From: Halomicronema hongdechloris C2206
GTDB lineage: Bacteria; Cyanobacteriota; Cyanobacteriia; Phormidesmidales; Phormidesmidaceae
Assembly: GCF_002075285.3 (NCBI RefSeq)
Contig: NZ_CP021983.2
Location: 3,900,001 to 3,932,000, forward strand
Length of the DNA stretch: 32,000 nt
Reading direction: 5' to 3'
Positions within the stretch are counted from its first letter, which is position 1; the number at the start of each line of letters is the position of its first letter. Below are positions 7,892-17,520 of the stretch, one piece after another. The notes beneath the pieces were generated by a model. That model was not told where the DNA came from, did not search any database, and saw nothing but the letters and a program-made list of their open reading frames with translations. The position numbers and the translations under genes were made by a program.

Positions 7892-8853
7892 ATGCCCTCG
7901 TCACTGGAGCCAGCGGCTTTACCGGCTCTCATCTAGTCAGGGCTTTAGAGCAGCAAGGCAATCAGGTGAGAGCCCTAGTGCGGCCCACCAGCGATCTCTC
8001 ACGGTTGGCCCCCACTTCGGCGGAGTTGGTGTATGGCGACATCACCGATGAGGCTGCCTTGAGGCAGGCCATGTCGGGGGTTGACATGGTCTTCCACATC
8101 GCCGCCTATGTCGATTTGGGCCTGGTCAACGAAGCCGAAATGCAGCGGGTCAACGTGGACGGCACCCAGGCGGTGCTGTCGACGATGCGAACTGTAGCGG
8201 CCCAGAGAGCCAGTCCCCCCCGCCTAGTCTACTGCAGCACCATCGGTGTCTATGGCGATACCCAAGGACAGGTGGTGGATGAAACCTTCCAGCGCACCCA
8301 AGCAGGCTTTTCCTCGGCCTACGATCGCACCAAATACCAAGCGCAGCAATTGGTCGATCAAGCCGCCACCGAGCTACCCGTGGTCAGCCTGATGCCAGCC
8401 GGCATCTTGGGACCAGATGACCCCCACTTTGGCCCAGTCATAACCCTATTTCTCAGGCAACGGTTGAAACTGTGGCCTGGGGGCCAGCGCGTCACCGGCA
8501 TAGTCCATGTCGACGATCTAGTGCAAGCATTAATCTTAGCGGCAGAGCGAGGAACACCAGGAGCCCATTACATTATTTCGGCCGGGGAGCTCTCCACCCG
8601 AGAGATGTTCGAGATCCTCAGCCAACTCACCGGGATTCCCGTGCCGGCAGAACCTCCCCAGGGGATAATCAGAGCCCTGGGCAGCTTGCTCGATCCACTA
8701 GGCCGTTGGTGGGGCTGGAACCCACCCCTCAGTCGGGAACGGGTGCACTACATCTATGATCGCTGCGTCCGAGTCAATGCCAGCAAGGCCCGGCAGGAAC
8801 TGGGTTGGCAGCCCCGGCCCGTGGCCGAGATCCTGAAGGACTTGGTAGAGTAA
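7888..8853 (+). CDS. NAD(P)-dependent epimerase/dehydratase-type extended SDR (candidate ketoreductase)
   Basis: 321-aa ORF. Rossmann motif VTGASGFTGSHL at the N-terminus and catalytic YxxxK (YDRTK). Its ATG (7888-7890) overlaps the TGA (7889-7891) of the GNAT gene as ATGA. Confidence 0.85.
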   Translation: MNALVTGASGFTGSHLVRALEQQGNQVRALVRPTSDLSRLAPTSAELVYGDITDEAALRQAMSGVDMVFHIAAYVDLGLVNEAEMQRVNVDGTQAVLSTMRTVAAQRASPPRLVYCSTIGVYGDTQGQVVDETFQRTQAGFSSAYDRTKYQAQQLVDQAATELPVVSLMPAGILGPDDPHFGPVITLFLRQRLKLWPGGQRVTGIVHVDDLVQALILAAERGTPGAHYIISAGELSTREMFEILSQLTGIPVPAEPPQGIIRALGSLLDPLGRWWGWNPPLSRERVHYIYDRCVRVNASKARQELGWQPRPVAEILKDLVE

Positions 8854-8910
8854 TGATTTAGTACCGCTACATTAACCTAGAGAATCAGTACTGAACAGAG
8901 TCGGGGCATT

Positions 8911-9714
8911 GTGGAACAACAGCAACAGCAAGACAGGCTCATCCTGCTGTCCAAGCGGGAGATCGAGAAAATGCGCCAAGCCGGGCAGTTGGCCGCTCAG
9001 CTGCTCGATCACCTGGCACCGCTGGTGAAACCAGGGGTGAGCACCCTGGAGCTGGACGAGGAAGCCGAGCGGTGGACCCAAGCCCGCGGGGCCAAGAGTG
9101 CCCCCCTTGGCTATGAAGGGCCGGTCATGCCCTTTCCCAAGTCCATCTGCACCAGCGTCAACGAAGTAGTGTGCCACGGCATTCCCAGTGCCGATCAAGT
9201 GCTCCAGGACGGTGATATCATCAACATCGATGTCACCCCCATCTTGGACGGCTACCATGGCGATACCTCTCGCACCTTTTTCGTCGGTGAGCCCTCCCCC
9301 TTGGCCAGACAGTTGGTAAACGTCACGAAAGAATCTATGTGGCGTGGCATCCGGGCCGTGCAACCGGGGGGACGTATTGGGGATATTGGCGCCGCCATTC
9401 AGGAGTATGCCGAAGCCCAAGGCTTCTCGGTAGTGCGCGACTTCGTGGGCCATGGGGTGCATCGAGTCTTTCACACCGCGCCTCAAGTGCCCCATTATGG
9501 TGTGCGCGGCAAAGGCAAAAAGCTCCGCCCCGGCATGGTCTTCACCATCGAACCCATGATCAATGTGGGCACCTACGAAGTCGAAGTGCTCTCCGACGGC
9601 TGGACGGCACTGACGGCCGATCGGCAGCTATCAGCCCAGTTTGAGCACACTATAGTAGTGACTAAGGAGGGGGTTGAGGTGCTCACCTTGGCCCCTGCCC
9701 AAGTGCCCGCCTAG
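8911..9714 (+). CDS. map: Type I methionine aminopeptidase
   Basis: 267-aa ORF with a GTG start. Motifs [31 protein letters not shown] and FEHT carry the MetAP metal ligands. Confidence 0.93.
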   Translation: MEQQQQQDRLILLSKREIEKMRQAGQLAAQLLDHLAPLVKPGVSTLELDEEAERWTQARGAKSAPLGYEGPVMPFPKSICTSVNEVVCHGIPSADQVLQDGDIINIDVTPILDGYHGDTSRTFFVGEPSPLARQLVNVTKESMWRGIRAVQPGGRIGDIGAAIQEYAEAQGFSVVRDFVGHGVHRVFHTAPQVPHYGVRGKGKKLRPGMVFTIEPMINVGTYEVEVLSDGWTALTADRQLSAQFEHTIVVTKEGVEVLTLAPAQVPA

Positions 9715-12110
9715 TGCGGCCAGGTCCAGTTGGCTTCTTCAGGACGGTCTCGCCCTTCGGTATAAGAATGGTTGAGACAGTCGATAATGCGATTCTTCAT
9801 GCGCTCCTTCACGTGGGCAGCGGCGGACAGCAACTTGGGTACCCGATCAATCACGTCAATCACCAAATTAAACCGATCAATCTGGTTCTTGATGGCTAAC
9901 TCCAGGGGGGTATTGATATTGCCCTGTTCCTTGTAACCGCGCACATGAATGCGATGTTGATTGGTGCGGCGGTAGGTGAGCTTGTGAATCAACCAGGGAT
10001 AGCCATGGAAATTGAAGATCACCGGTTTATCTGGGGTGAAGAGGGTATCGAAATCGGCGTTGGACAGACCATGGGGATGCTCCCGTTCTGGTATCAGTCG
10101 GAATAGATCCACCACGTTGATAAAGCGAATTTTCAGTTCGGGAAACTCTTCCCGCAGAATAGCCGTGGCCGCTAGGGATTCGCGGGTGGGAATATCCCCG
10201 CAGCAGGCCATGATCACATCGGGAATATCCGGTTCTATCCCGCAATCATCGTTACTAGCCCAATCCCAAATGCCGATGCCCTTGGTGCAATGCTTGATGG
10301 CCTCTTCGGCAGACAGATATTGCAGATGGCTTTGCTTGTCTGCTACCACCACGTTGACGTAATCAGTACTGCGCAGGCAGTGGTCGGTGACGGAGAGCAA
10401 ACAGTTGGCATCGGGGGGCAGGTAAATGCGCACCACATCTGGATTTTTATTAGTGACCAGGTCCAAAAAGCCAGGATCCTGGTGGCTAAAGCCGTTGTGA
10501 TCTTGCCGCCAGACCACCGACGATAGCAAGATATTCAGGGACGATACCGGCGCCCGCCAAGGCACATGGTGTTTGCAAATGTCTAGCCACTTGGCGTGCT
10601 GATTGAACATGGAATCGATCACATGGGCAAAGGCCTCGTAGGTGTGGAAGAGGCCGTGGCGCCCCGTCAAGAGGTAGCCCTCTAGCCACCCTTCCAGGGT
10701 GTGTTCACTCAGCATCTCCATCACCCGGCCATCCCGAGCCAGTTCGCTGCCATCCAGGTCTTCTGGCAGAAATTCAGCCATCCAGGCTTTCTTGGTCACC
10801 TCATAGACGGCGTTGAGCCGGTTAGAGGCGGTTTCATCGGGGCCAAAGAGCCGAAAATTATGGGGATTTTCCCGCATGGTGTCTCGCAGGAAATAGCTCA
10901 TGATCTTCGTATTTTGGGCCTCCAGGGTAGCCGGTTTGGGCACCTCGATGGCGTATTGGCGAAAGTCTGGCAACCGTAACTCTCGCCGTACTAGCCCGCC
11001 GTTGGCGGCGGGGTTCGCGCTCATGCGACGGTGGCCAGTGGGGGCGAGGGTTTTTAATTCGGGAATGAGTCGACCGGTGTCATCGAACAGCTCTTCCGGC
11101 TTGTAAGACCGCATCCAGGCTTCTAGTCGCTGCACATGCTCAGGGTTGCTGTGCATGCCCCCCATGGGCACCTGGTGGGCGCGCCAAAACCCTTCTACCT
11201 TGTGGCCATCCACCTCTTCTGGGCCAGTCCAGCCTTTGGGGGTGCGCAGGATGATCATGGGCCAGCGGGGGCGCTCGGCCTGGCCGCTGTTGCGGGCGGT
11301 CTGCTGAATGGCGTGGATCTGATCGACGCAGGCATCGAGGGTGGCCGCCATGGCTTGGTGCATGGTCTCTGGGTCTTGGCCGGCCACGATGTAGGGGGTG
11401 TAGCCATAGCCGCGGAAGAGGTTAGCGAGTTCGTCGTCGGAGATGCGGGCCAGGATGGTGGGGTTGGCGATTTTATATCCATTCAGGTTAAGAATGGGCA
11501 GCACGGCCCCGTCTCGAATCGGATTGAGAAACTTATTCGAGTGCCAGGCCGTTGCCAAGGGGCCGGTTTCCGCTTCGCCATCGCCCACCACTACGGCGGC
11601 AATCAGATCGGGGTTGTCGAAGACAGCACCATAGGCATGGGCCAGGCTGTAGCCCAATTCTCCCCCCTCGTGAATGGAGCCTGGTGTCTCGGGGGTGACA
11701 TGGCTGCCGATGTGGCCCGGGAAGGAAAACTGCTTGAAGAACTTGCGCAGGCCTTCGATGTCTTCACTCTTGTCTGGATATATTTCGGAGTAGGTGCCCT
11801 CTAGGTAAACCGGACCCAGTACGCCGGGGGCACCATGACCTGGGCCAGCCAGGAAGATGATGCTGAGGTCTTGTTGTTTGATCAGTCGGTTTAGGTGGAT
11901 GTAGGTGAAGCTGAGGGCGGGGGAAGAACCCCAGTGGCCTAATAGACGATATTTAATGTGATCCGGCTGCAGGGGCTGCTGCAGCATGGGATTGTCTTTG
12001 AGATAGATCATACCTACGGCTAGATAATTGCAGGCGCGCCAGTAGGCATGAATTTGACCGAGTTCTTGGTCAGACAGGGGGGCCGTTTCTGGAGAGGTGG
12101 CTAATACCAT
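9711..12110 (-). CDS. xfp: Xylulose-5-phosphate/fructose-6-phosphate phosphoketolase
   Basis: 799-aa ORF. Motifs [29 protein letters not shown] and [20 protein letters not shown], together with the length, are characteristic of the XFP family of ThDP enzymes. Confidence 0.95.
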   Translation of the reverse strand: MVLATSPETAPLSDQELGQIHAYWRACNYLAVGMIYLKDNPMLQQPLQPDHIKYRLLGHWGSSPALSFTYIHLNRLIKQQDLSIIFLAGPGHGAPGVLGPVYLEGTYSEIYPDKSEDIEGLRKFFKQFSFPGHIGSHVTPETPGSIHEGGELGYSLAHAYGAVFDNPDLIAAVVVGDGEAETGPLATAWHSNKFLNPIRDGAVLPILNLNGYKIANPTILARISDDELANLFRGYGYTPYIVAGQDPETMHQAMAATLDACVDQIHAIQQTARNSGQAERPRWPMIILRTPKGWTGPEEVDGHKVEGFWRAHQVPMGGMHSNPEHVQRLEAWMRSYKPEELFDDTGRLIPELKTLAPTGHRRMSANPAANGGLVRRELRLPDFRQYAIEVPKPATLEAQNTKIMSYFLRDTMRENPHNFRLFGPDETASNRLNAVYEVTKKAWMAEFLPEDLDGSELARDGRVMEMLSEHTLEGWLEGYLLTGRHGLFHTYEAFAHVIDSMFNQHAKWLDICKHHVPWRAPVSSLNILLSSVVWRQDHNGFSHQDPGFLDLVTNKNPDVVRIYLPPDANCLLSVTDHCLRSTDYVNVVVADKQSHLQYLSAEEAIKHCTKGIGIWDWASNDDCGIEPDIPDVIMACCGDIPTRESLAATAILREEFPELKIRFINVVDLFRLIPEREHPHGLSNADFDTLFTPDKPVIFNFHGYPWLIHKLTYRRTNQHRIHVRGYKEQGNINTPLELAIKNQIDRFNLVIDVIDRVPKLLSAAAHVKERMKNRIIDCLNHSYTEGRDRPEEANWTWPH

Positions 12111-12721
12111 GGCTGATGAATAGTTGAAGATAGGGTATGCGGTGGTGGGAGCGTATCCTTAGTGTAAGCATGGTAAATTGCTCTCCCTTTAGGTGCGATG
12201 CCTGTTAGTCAGGCCTTTTGAGGCCCCAATAATTCTGCATGGTTTAAGAAAAACTTCCAGGATTGATGGTATCTATCCTGGGCATTGACAGGGTTTGACG
12301 GTATCCCCTTTCTGGGTGAGGTCCAGCCTATCTCCTGCAGGCAAGGGTTTCGTGGCTATCCTTTATACCTCACTAGAGTCAGCAACACTGTAGGCAGATG
12401 CTACGGCCTGAGGCTGGACTGGGTGGAGCCGTCAAGACCCGGGGTTAATGGCGCTTTACCCCTTGGCGTGCTGCCTTGATTAAGCGATAGTGAGGAGGAA
12501 TTGATTGGTTGCCAGAGGAACTCGCCTGAGGAGATTTTCGACACCGGAGCTTATCGGTGGCATTGGCCACTGGACGAGGCAAGTATCTAAATGCTCTCCT
12601 GAGGGCTAGGGGATTTCGGCCCCCGGGAGAAGCTAAGCCTTCAGATCTTGCTCAGACGTGTCAACGGTCTGCTGATCCTGCTGGCGTGATGGCAATGCCG
12701 TGCTGCTGCTGAGGATTCCTA

Positions 12722-14062
12722 ATGACTGCTAAGCCCAAGATCATTGTTCTCGATGACGATCCTACGGGCTCCCAAACAGTCCATAGCTGTTTATTGCTAC
12801 TGCAATGGGACGTTGAGACCCTACGGCTTGGGCTCAAGGATGCCTCCCCGATTTTCTTCATCTTGACCAATACCCGGGCCTTGACTCCGAGGGAGGCGGA
12901 AACTGTCACGCGAGAGGTTTGTCGTAACTTGAAGCAGGCGATTACCGTTGAGGGAATAGCAGATTTCTTGGTGGTCAGTCGCTCAGATTCGACCTTGCGG
13001 GGACATTACCCGATAGAGACAGATGCGATCGCACAGGAGCTGGGTCCCTTCGATGCCCACTTTCTAATTCCCGCCTTCTTCGAAGGGGGACGCATCACCC
13101 GCCAGGGCACCCATTACCTAAGCACGAATGACGTTGATACCCCGGTGCACCAGACCGAATTTGCCCAGGATTCCGTCTTCAGCTACCACCACAGCTACCT
13201 GCCCGACTATGTCGCCGAAAAGACCCAAGGCCGCATCCCAGCCGATCAGGTGCAAGTATTCAGCCTGGACGCCATTCGAGCCGGCAGCCACCAACGGCTC
13301 ATGGCCTTAACCGGAAATACTTGCTGCGCCGTCGATGGCGAGCAGCAGAGCGATCTAGATAGGTTTGCCCAAGATGTGCTGCAGGCAGCGGCCCAAGGAA
13401 AAAGATTTTTGTTTCGCAGTGCCGCCAGTATTCTCACGGCTCTGGCGGCACTGCCGCCCCAACCGGTGGATCCCCAACACATGAACACCTATGTCCGTCA
13501 AGGCCATCCCGGCGTTGTGCTAGTTGGGTCCCATGTCCAGAAAAGTACCCAGCAGCTCTACATCCTGCTGCAAGCCCCCGGCGTCACTGGCATTGAAGTA
13601 GACCTGGTTAAATGGCACCAGGATGACACTAGCGATGAGACTCGGCACCACCTCTTACAGTCCACATTGGAGCAGGCGCATACGGCCCACAGCCAGGGGC
13701 AAACGGCAGTAATCTACACTAGCCGCCAGGAACTGACCTTCGCCGATAGCCAGACCCGGCTCAACTTTGGCAAGCAAGTGTCAGCACTCCTCATGGATAT
13801 TGTCCGTAGCCTACCCGCCGATCTGGGCTTTTTAATCAGCAAGGGGGGCATCACCTCCAACGACACCCTGAGCCAAGGCTTAGCCCTACGGACGGCTCGC
13901 TTACTAGGGCAGATTCTGCCGGGGTGCTCCATTGTCCGTACTCCGGACAGCCACCCCCAATTCCCTGGATTACCAGTGGTTCTATTTCCTGGCAACGTCG
14001 GCGATGAAGACGGCTTAGTCACCGTCTACCGTCGCCTAGCCTGGGAGAGCACTGGTGCCTAA
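12722..14062 (+). CDS. Four-carbon acid sugar kinase family protein (DUF1537-type)
   Basis: 446-aa ORF. N-terminal IIVLDDDPTGSQT and FILTNTR motifs, plus a C-terminal nucleotide-binding-like ISKGGITSND. This matches the two-domain DUF1537/YgbK-like kinases as I recall them. I cannot infer a substrate. Confidence 0.6.
   Translation: MTAKPKIIVLDDDPTGSQTVHSCLLLLQWDVETLRLGLKDASPIFFILTNTRALTPREAETVTREVCRNLKQAITVEGIADFLVVSRSDSTLRGHYPIETDAIAQELGPFDAHFLIPAFFEGGRITRQGTHYLSTNDVDTPVHQTEFAQDSVFSYHHSYLPDYVAEKTQGRIPADQVQVFSLDAIRAGSHQRLMALTGNTCCAVDGEQQSDLDRFAQDVLQAAAQGKRFLFRSAASILTALAALPPQPVDPQHMNTYVRQGHPGVVLVGSHVQKSTQQLYILLQAPGVTGIEVDLVKWHQDDTSDETRHHLLQSTLEQAHTAHSQGQTAVIYTSRQELTFADSQTRLNFGKQVSALLMDIVRSLPADLGFLISKGGITSNDTLSQGLALRTARLLGQILPGCSIVRTPDSHPQFPGLPVVLFPGNVGDEDGLVTVYRRLAWESTGA
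13025..13032. repeat. HIP1 palindrome GCGATCGC
   Basis: Exact octamer read in the sequence, inside the DUF1537-type kinase gene. Confidence 0.95.
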
Positions 14063-14970
14063 GCCCCAGATTCTGCCTGCTCGACGCGCAAGTCTTCGAT
14101 TAGGTTGGCTAATTCTGAGGCATTGGCCCAGTAGACTTCATTGCAGAAGTGACAGGTCGCCTCTGCCCCATCATCTTTCTCAATCATGTCCTGCAGTTCC
14201 GCTTCCCCTAGCAGCTTCAAGGCGCCCAACATGCGGTGATGGGAACAGGGGCAATGGAACCGCACTAATTGGCTCTCGGGTAACAGCTCCAGTCCCATGT
14301 CACCCACCAGACTCTCAAAGATATGGGGCAGACTCTTTTTCTCCCGCAGCAGGGGAGTAAACCCACTCAGCCCCGCTAGCCGAGATTCCAGTTTGTCGAC
14401 AAGATCTTGATCACGAGCGGCCCGGGGCAGCACTTGCAGCAGCAATCCCCCAGCAGCCTCTACCCCAGAGGCTCCGACGAATACGCCCAAGATCAACGCC
14501 GATGGTGTCTGCTCCGAAGTAGCCAGATAGTGGGTGAGATCATCGCCGATTTCTCCAGATACCAGCTCCACCGTACTGGAGTAAGGATAGCCATAGCCCA
14601 CATCCCGCACCACATAGACGTAACCTTGGCGGCCCACAGCACCGCCGACATCCAATTTACCAATGGGATTAGGCGGCAATTCAATGGTGGGATTATCCAC
14701 ATATCCCCGCACCGTGCCATCAATACCGGCATCCACTAAGATGCCCCCTAGGGGGCCATCGCCTCGAATCCGAATATTCACCCGTGCCTCTGTCCGCTTC
14801 ATATTGGAGGCCAGTAACAGGCCAGCAGCCATGGTCCGTCCTAGGGCCGCTGTCGCCACATAAGACAACTGATGTCGCTGCCGAGCCTCCTCTGTCAGAC
14901 GGTTAGCAATCACCCCAACAACCCGGATGCCACCATCTGCTGCCGTCGCCCGAATTAGCTGATCTGCCAT
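14059..14970 (-). CDS. hslO: Redox-regulated chaperone Hsp33
   Basis: I trimmed the track ORF to the ATG at 14968-14970 (MADQLIRATAADGGIRV...). The C-terminal zinc redox switch CPCS...x...CHFCNEVY (CxC...CxxC) is diagnostic. Confidence 0.9.
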   Translation of the reverse strand: MADQLIRATAADGGIRVVGVIANRLTEEARQRHQLSYVATAALGRTMAAGLLLASNMKRTEARVNIRIRGDGPLGGILVDAGIDGTVRGYVDNPTIELPPNPIGKLDVGGAVGRQGYVYVVRDVGYGYPYSSTVELVSGEIGDDLTHYLATSEQTPSALILGVFVGASGVEAAGGLLLQVLPRAARDQDLVDKLESRLAGLSGFTPLLREKKSLPHIFESLVGDMGLELLPESQLVRFHCPCSHHRMLGALKLLGEAELQDMIEKDDGAEATCHFCNEVYWANASELANLIEDLRVEQAESGA

Positions 14971-15097
14971 CGACAAGCCCTAATGTTTCTTAATATTTAC
15001 GCTTATTGCCATTGTAGAGGGTTGCTGTCAGGGCCGCGGGATCGTTCCCTTGACTGGATGGCTTTGGCATACTGAGGAGGTATCCTTTACCACTACT

Positions 15098-15490
15098 ATG
15101 CTGGGCACGTTTCAACAGAGTCGTTTACGCATCGAAGTCGACGCGTCTGCATCTATCATCCGCGACAGTTTGCTGCGGCCGATGCAGGTTAAGCATTGGC
15201 TGTGGCCTCAGCAATTTCAGGCAGGTCTTCCTGATCAACTCACACCGGGCGTCAAGTTCACCAGTTATGTCGGTCCCCTAGCCATTTATCACCACGTCGA
15301 TCTGGTGGGAGAGAACCACCTGCGGCTGCTAATGGCAGGCGGCATCGATGGATTCCACGAGTGGTACTGGGGAGATGGATGGATACAATCCTGCTTGGAA
15401 GGGATCTCGGCTATGCCCCTAAATCTGGCCCAGACGATTTATCTGTGGCGATTGAAGCAGTACTTGAGCCAGCAGCGGCATGAGAGCTAA
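15098..15490 (+). CDS. Hypothetical protein
   Basis: The track ORF 15050..15490 starts at TTG. The first in-frame ATG is at 15098 (MLGTFQQSRLRIEV...). I recognise no motifs. The reading frame is clean and the ORF fills the gap between hslO and hisD. Confidence 0.45.
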   Translation: MLGTFQQSRLRIEVDASASIIRDSLLRPMQVKHWLWPQQFQAGLPDQLTPGVKFTSYVGPLAIYHHVDLVGENHLRLLMAGGIDGFHEWYWGDGWIQSCLEGISAMPLNLAQTIYLWRLKQYLSQQRHES

Positions 15491-15671
15491 TTTGCCAAGA
15501 AACTCTTAAAAAGCCTACCAGGTAAGCACTGTCAAGATGCTAGCGATCTTGCTTGAGCGTTTACAGTGATGCCGAAAACCTTGCTCTGATAACTGTTTAG
15601 GCGTTTTGCAAATCACCTCTGAGCCGGATGAGTAAATCGCCTCTAGGTTCTGAGGGCAACACTTATATCTG

Positions 15672-16979
15672 CTAGTCAGTCGATCCGGGTTGGGTCCGTC
15701 GCTGTACCGAGGCGCCGTGGGACGGTAGCCCTTCCGCTTGAGTCAGCACATCAATGGCACCTGCTACTTTGTGTAGCGCTACTGGGGAGTATTGAATCAA
15801 ACTGGAATGCTTCATGAAGGTCTCGGCCCCCAGAGCAGAGGCATAACGAGCGGCCCCAGAGGTGGGTAGGGTGTGGTTAGGGCCAGCCAGATAGTCGCCC
15901 ACAGCTTCTGGTGTGTGGTGGCCCAAGAAAATAGCCCCAGCGTGGCGAATGTGCTCTAGCAGCTGCCAGGGGTCTGCAACTTCTAATTCCAAGTGTTCTG
16001 GGGCAAACTGGTTGGATAGCTCTGCTGCGGCCTCTAAGGACTCAACCACAATGGCCACCCCATGGTGGGCAATGGCCTTTTCCGTTAAGGTTTGGCGAGG
16101 ATGGTCTCTCAGCTGATGGGCCACTTGAGCAGCCACGGTTTCTGCTAAGGCCATATCGGTCGTAATCAAGATGGCCGCCGCCATGGGGTCATGCTCGGCC
16201 TGGGCTAGGAGATCGGTGGCAACGTGGACTGGATTGGCAGTACTGTCGGCAATGATGAGGACTTCTGAGGGACCGGCCAGGGAGTCGATGCCGACGATGC
16301 CGTACACTAGTTTCTTGGCCAGGGTGACGTAGATGTTGCCAGGACCGGTAATAACGTTGACGTTGGGAATGGTGTCTGTGCCGTAGGCTAATGCTGCAAT
16401 GGCTTGGGCCCCACCAATCCGATAGATTTCAGTGATGCCTGCTTCCTGGGCAGCCACTAGTATTGCCGGGTTGAGGCTTTTGTGTTCCCCCGGAGGAGTT
16501 ACCATGACGATGCGAGGCACACCGGCTACCTGGGCAGGAATGGCATTCATTAGGACGGTACTCGGGTAAGCAGCCCGCCCCCCGGGAACGTATATACCGG
16601 CTCGATCGACGGGAGTATAGCGTTTCCCCAACACCACATTATCGTCGTGGAACTGAACCCAACTCTTGGGCATACGCTGCCGGTGAAAGGCTTCGATGTT
16701 CCGACAGGCGAGTCGAATGGCATCGAGTAATTCCCTCGACACTTGCTGATAGGCCGCGTCTAATTCTGAGCCCCGAATCCGCAACTCATCGGCAGTTAGG
16801 GTTTGATGGTCAAAATCGGCTGTATACCGCAGCAGGGCGGTGTCTCCTTGTCTGCGGACGGCTTGTAAGATTTCCCGTACAGTGGCTTCCTTGCGGAATA
16901 CTTGATCGTCGTGGGTGCGAGCACAGATGCGCTGTAGTTCCGTTCTGGCTTCAGTTTGCTGATGAATGATGCGCAGCAT
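15672..16979 (-). CDS. hisD: Histidinol dehydrogenase
   Basis: 435-aa ORF. Motifs ITGPGNIYVTLAKK, QAEHDPMAAAILIT, APEHLEL and GDYLAGPNHTLPTSGAARY are typical of HisD. Confidence 0.95.
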   Translation of the reverse strand: MLRIIHQQTEARTELQRICARTHDDQVFRKEATVREILQAVRRQGDTALLRYTADFDHQTLTADELRIRGSELDAAYQQVSRELLDAIRLACRNIEAFHRQRMPKSWVQFHDDNVVLGKRYTPVDRAGIYVPGGRAAYPSTVLMNAIPAQVAGVPRIVMVTPPGEHKSLNPAILVAAQEAGITEIYRIGGAQAIAALAYGTDTIPNVNVITGPGNIYVTLAKKLVYGIVGIDSLAGPSEVLIIADSTANPVHVATDLLAQAEHDPMAAAILITTDMALAETVAAQVAHQLRDHPRQTLTEKAIAHHGVAIVVESLEAAAELSNQFAPEHLELEVADPWQLLEHIRHAGAIFLGHHTPEAVGDYLAGPNHTLPTSGAARYASALGAETFMKHSSLIQYSPVALHKVAGAIDVLTQAEGLPSHGASVQRRTQPGSTD

Positions 16980-17187
16980 TACAGCATTCGCCTCTGGTAA
17001 ACCAGGATGGAAGACTCACCCGTTCAGAAGCAAGTCTGGAATGGCTCCAGTCCACTTCGGCAGCATGGGTCTCGATATCCTTTACGATTTATAGCTTAGC
17101 GTGGATTTTTGAGGGAAGCATCCAGCTTGGCCATTAAGTGCTATCATTATTTATCCGGTGAATGTTCTTTGTATCCTAGGGCGAGCT

Positions 17188-17487
17188 GTGGCGAATATTA
17201 AGTCTGCGCTGAAGCGCATCGAAACTTCGGAACGAAACCGACTGCGGAATAAAGCTTACAAGTCGGCGGTCAAGACCTTGATGAAGCGCTACTTTGCTGC
17301 ACTGGAAGACTATAGGGTGGATCCATCCCCGGAAAAGATGGAGGTCGTTCAGACCCGTCTGGCAGCAGCTTACAGCAAAGTTGATAAGGCTGTGAAGCGA
17401 GGTGTGCTTCATCGCAATGCCGGGGCTAATCGCAAAGCCCGCATGGCTAGGGCTCTGAAGGCTCAGGAGACTCAGTTAGCTTCTTAA
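17188..17487 (+). CDS. rpsT: 30S ribosomal protein S20
   Basis: The track ORF begins at 17158. S20 homology begins at (V)[25 protein letters not shown], so the likely start is GTG at 17188-17190 (99 aa). Confidence 0.9.
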   Translation: MANIKSALKRIETSERNRLRNKAYKSAVKTLMKRYFAALEDYRVDPSPEKMEVVQTRLAAAYSKVDKAVKRGVLHRNAGANRKARMARALKAQETQLAS

Positions 17488-17520
17488 ATCTTGCTCGACT
17501 GGCAGCGGCAGCAAGATTTA
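17485..17520 (+). promoter_or_regulatory. Perfect 11-bp stem-loop spanning the rpsT stop codon and the tatD ribosome-binding region
   Basis: TAAATCTTGCT (17485-17495) pairs perfectly with AGCAAGATTTA (17510-17520) around a 14-nt loop. No T-run follows, so it is not a canonical intrinsic terminator. The tatD ATG is at 17528. Confidence 0.6.

Noticed and set aside
8872-9495. 207-aa minus-strand ORF opposite map.
   Set aside because: It lies almost entirely antisense to a well-supported methionine aminopeptidase gene. It has low-complexity, Gly-rich composition. It is an antisense-frame artefact.
9714-12110. Many plus-strand ORFs of 60-222 aa (for example 11136..11804, 10012..10362, 10701..10979) lie inside the phosphoketolase gene.
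   Set aside because: They are antisense to a full-length, motif-rich 799-aa gene. Their Gly/Ala/Arg/Pro-rich composition is typical of open antisense frames in GC-rich coding DNA, and they carry no recognisable motifs.
12566-12572. GCCACTG, preceded by GGTGGCATTGG, recalled the cobalamin riboswitch core (B12 box region).
   Set aside because: I could not find the other conserved elements (GGGAA...GGTG.AA.CC and the AGYCMGG.GACCKGCC box). The downstream gene has no link to B12. A 7-mer match is expected by chance.
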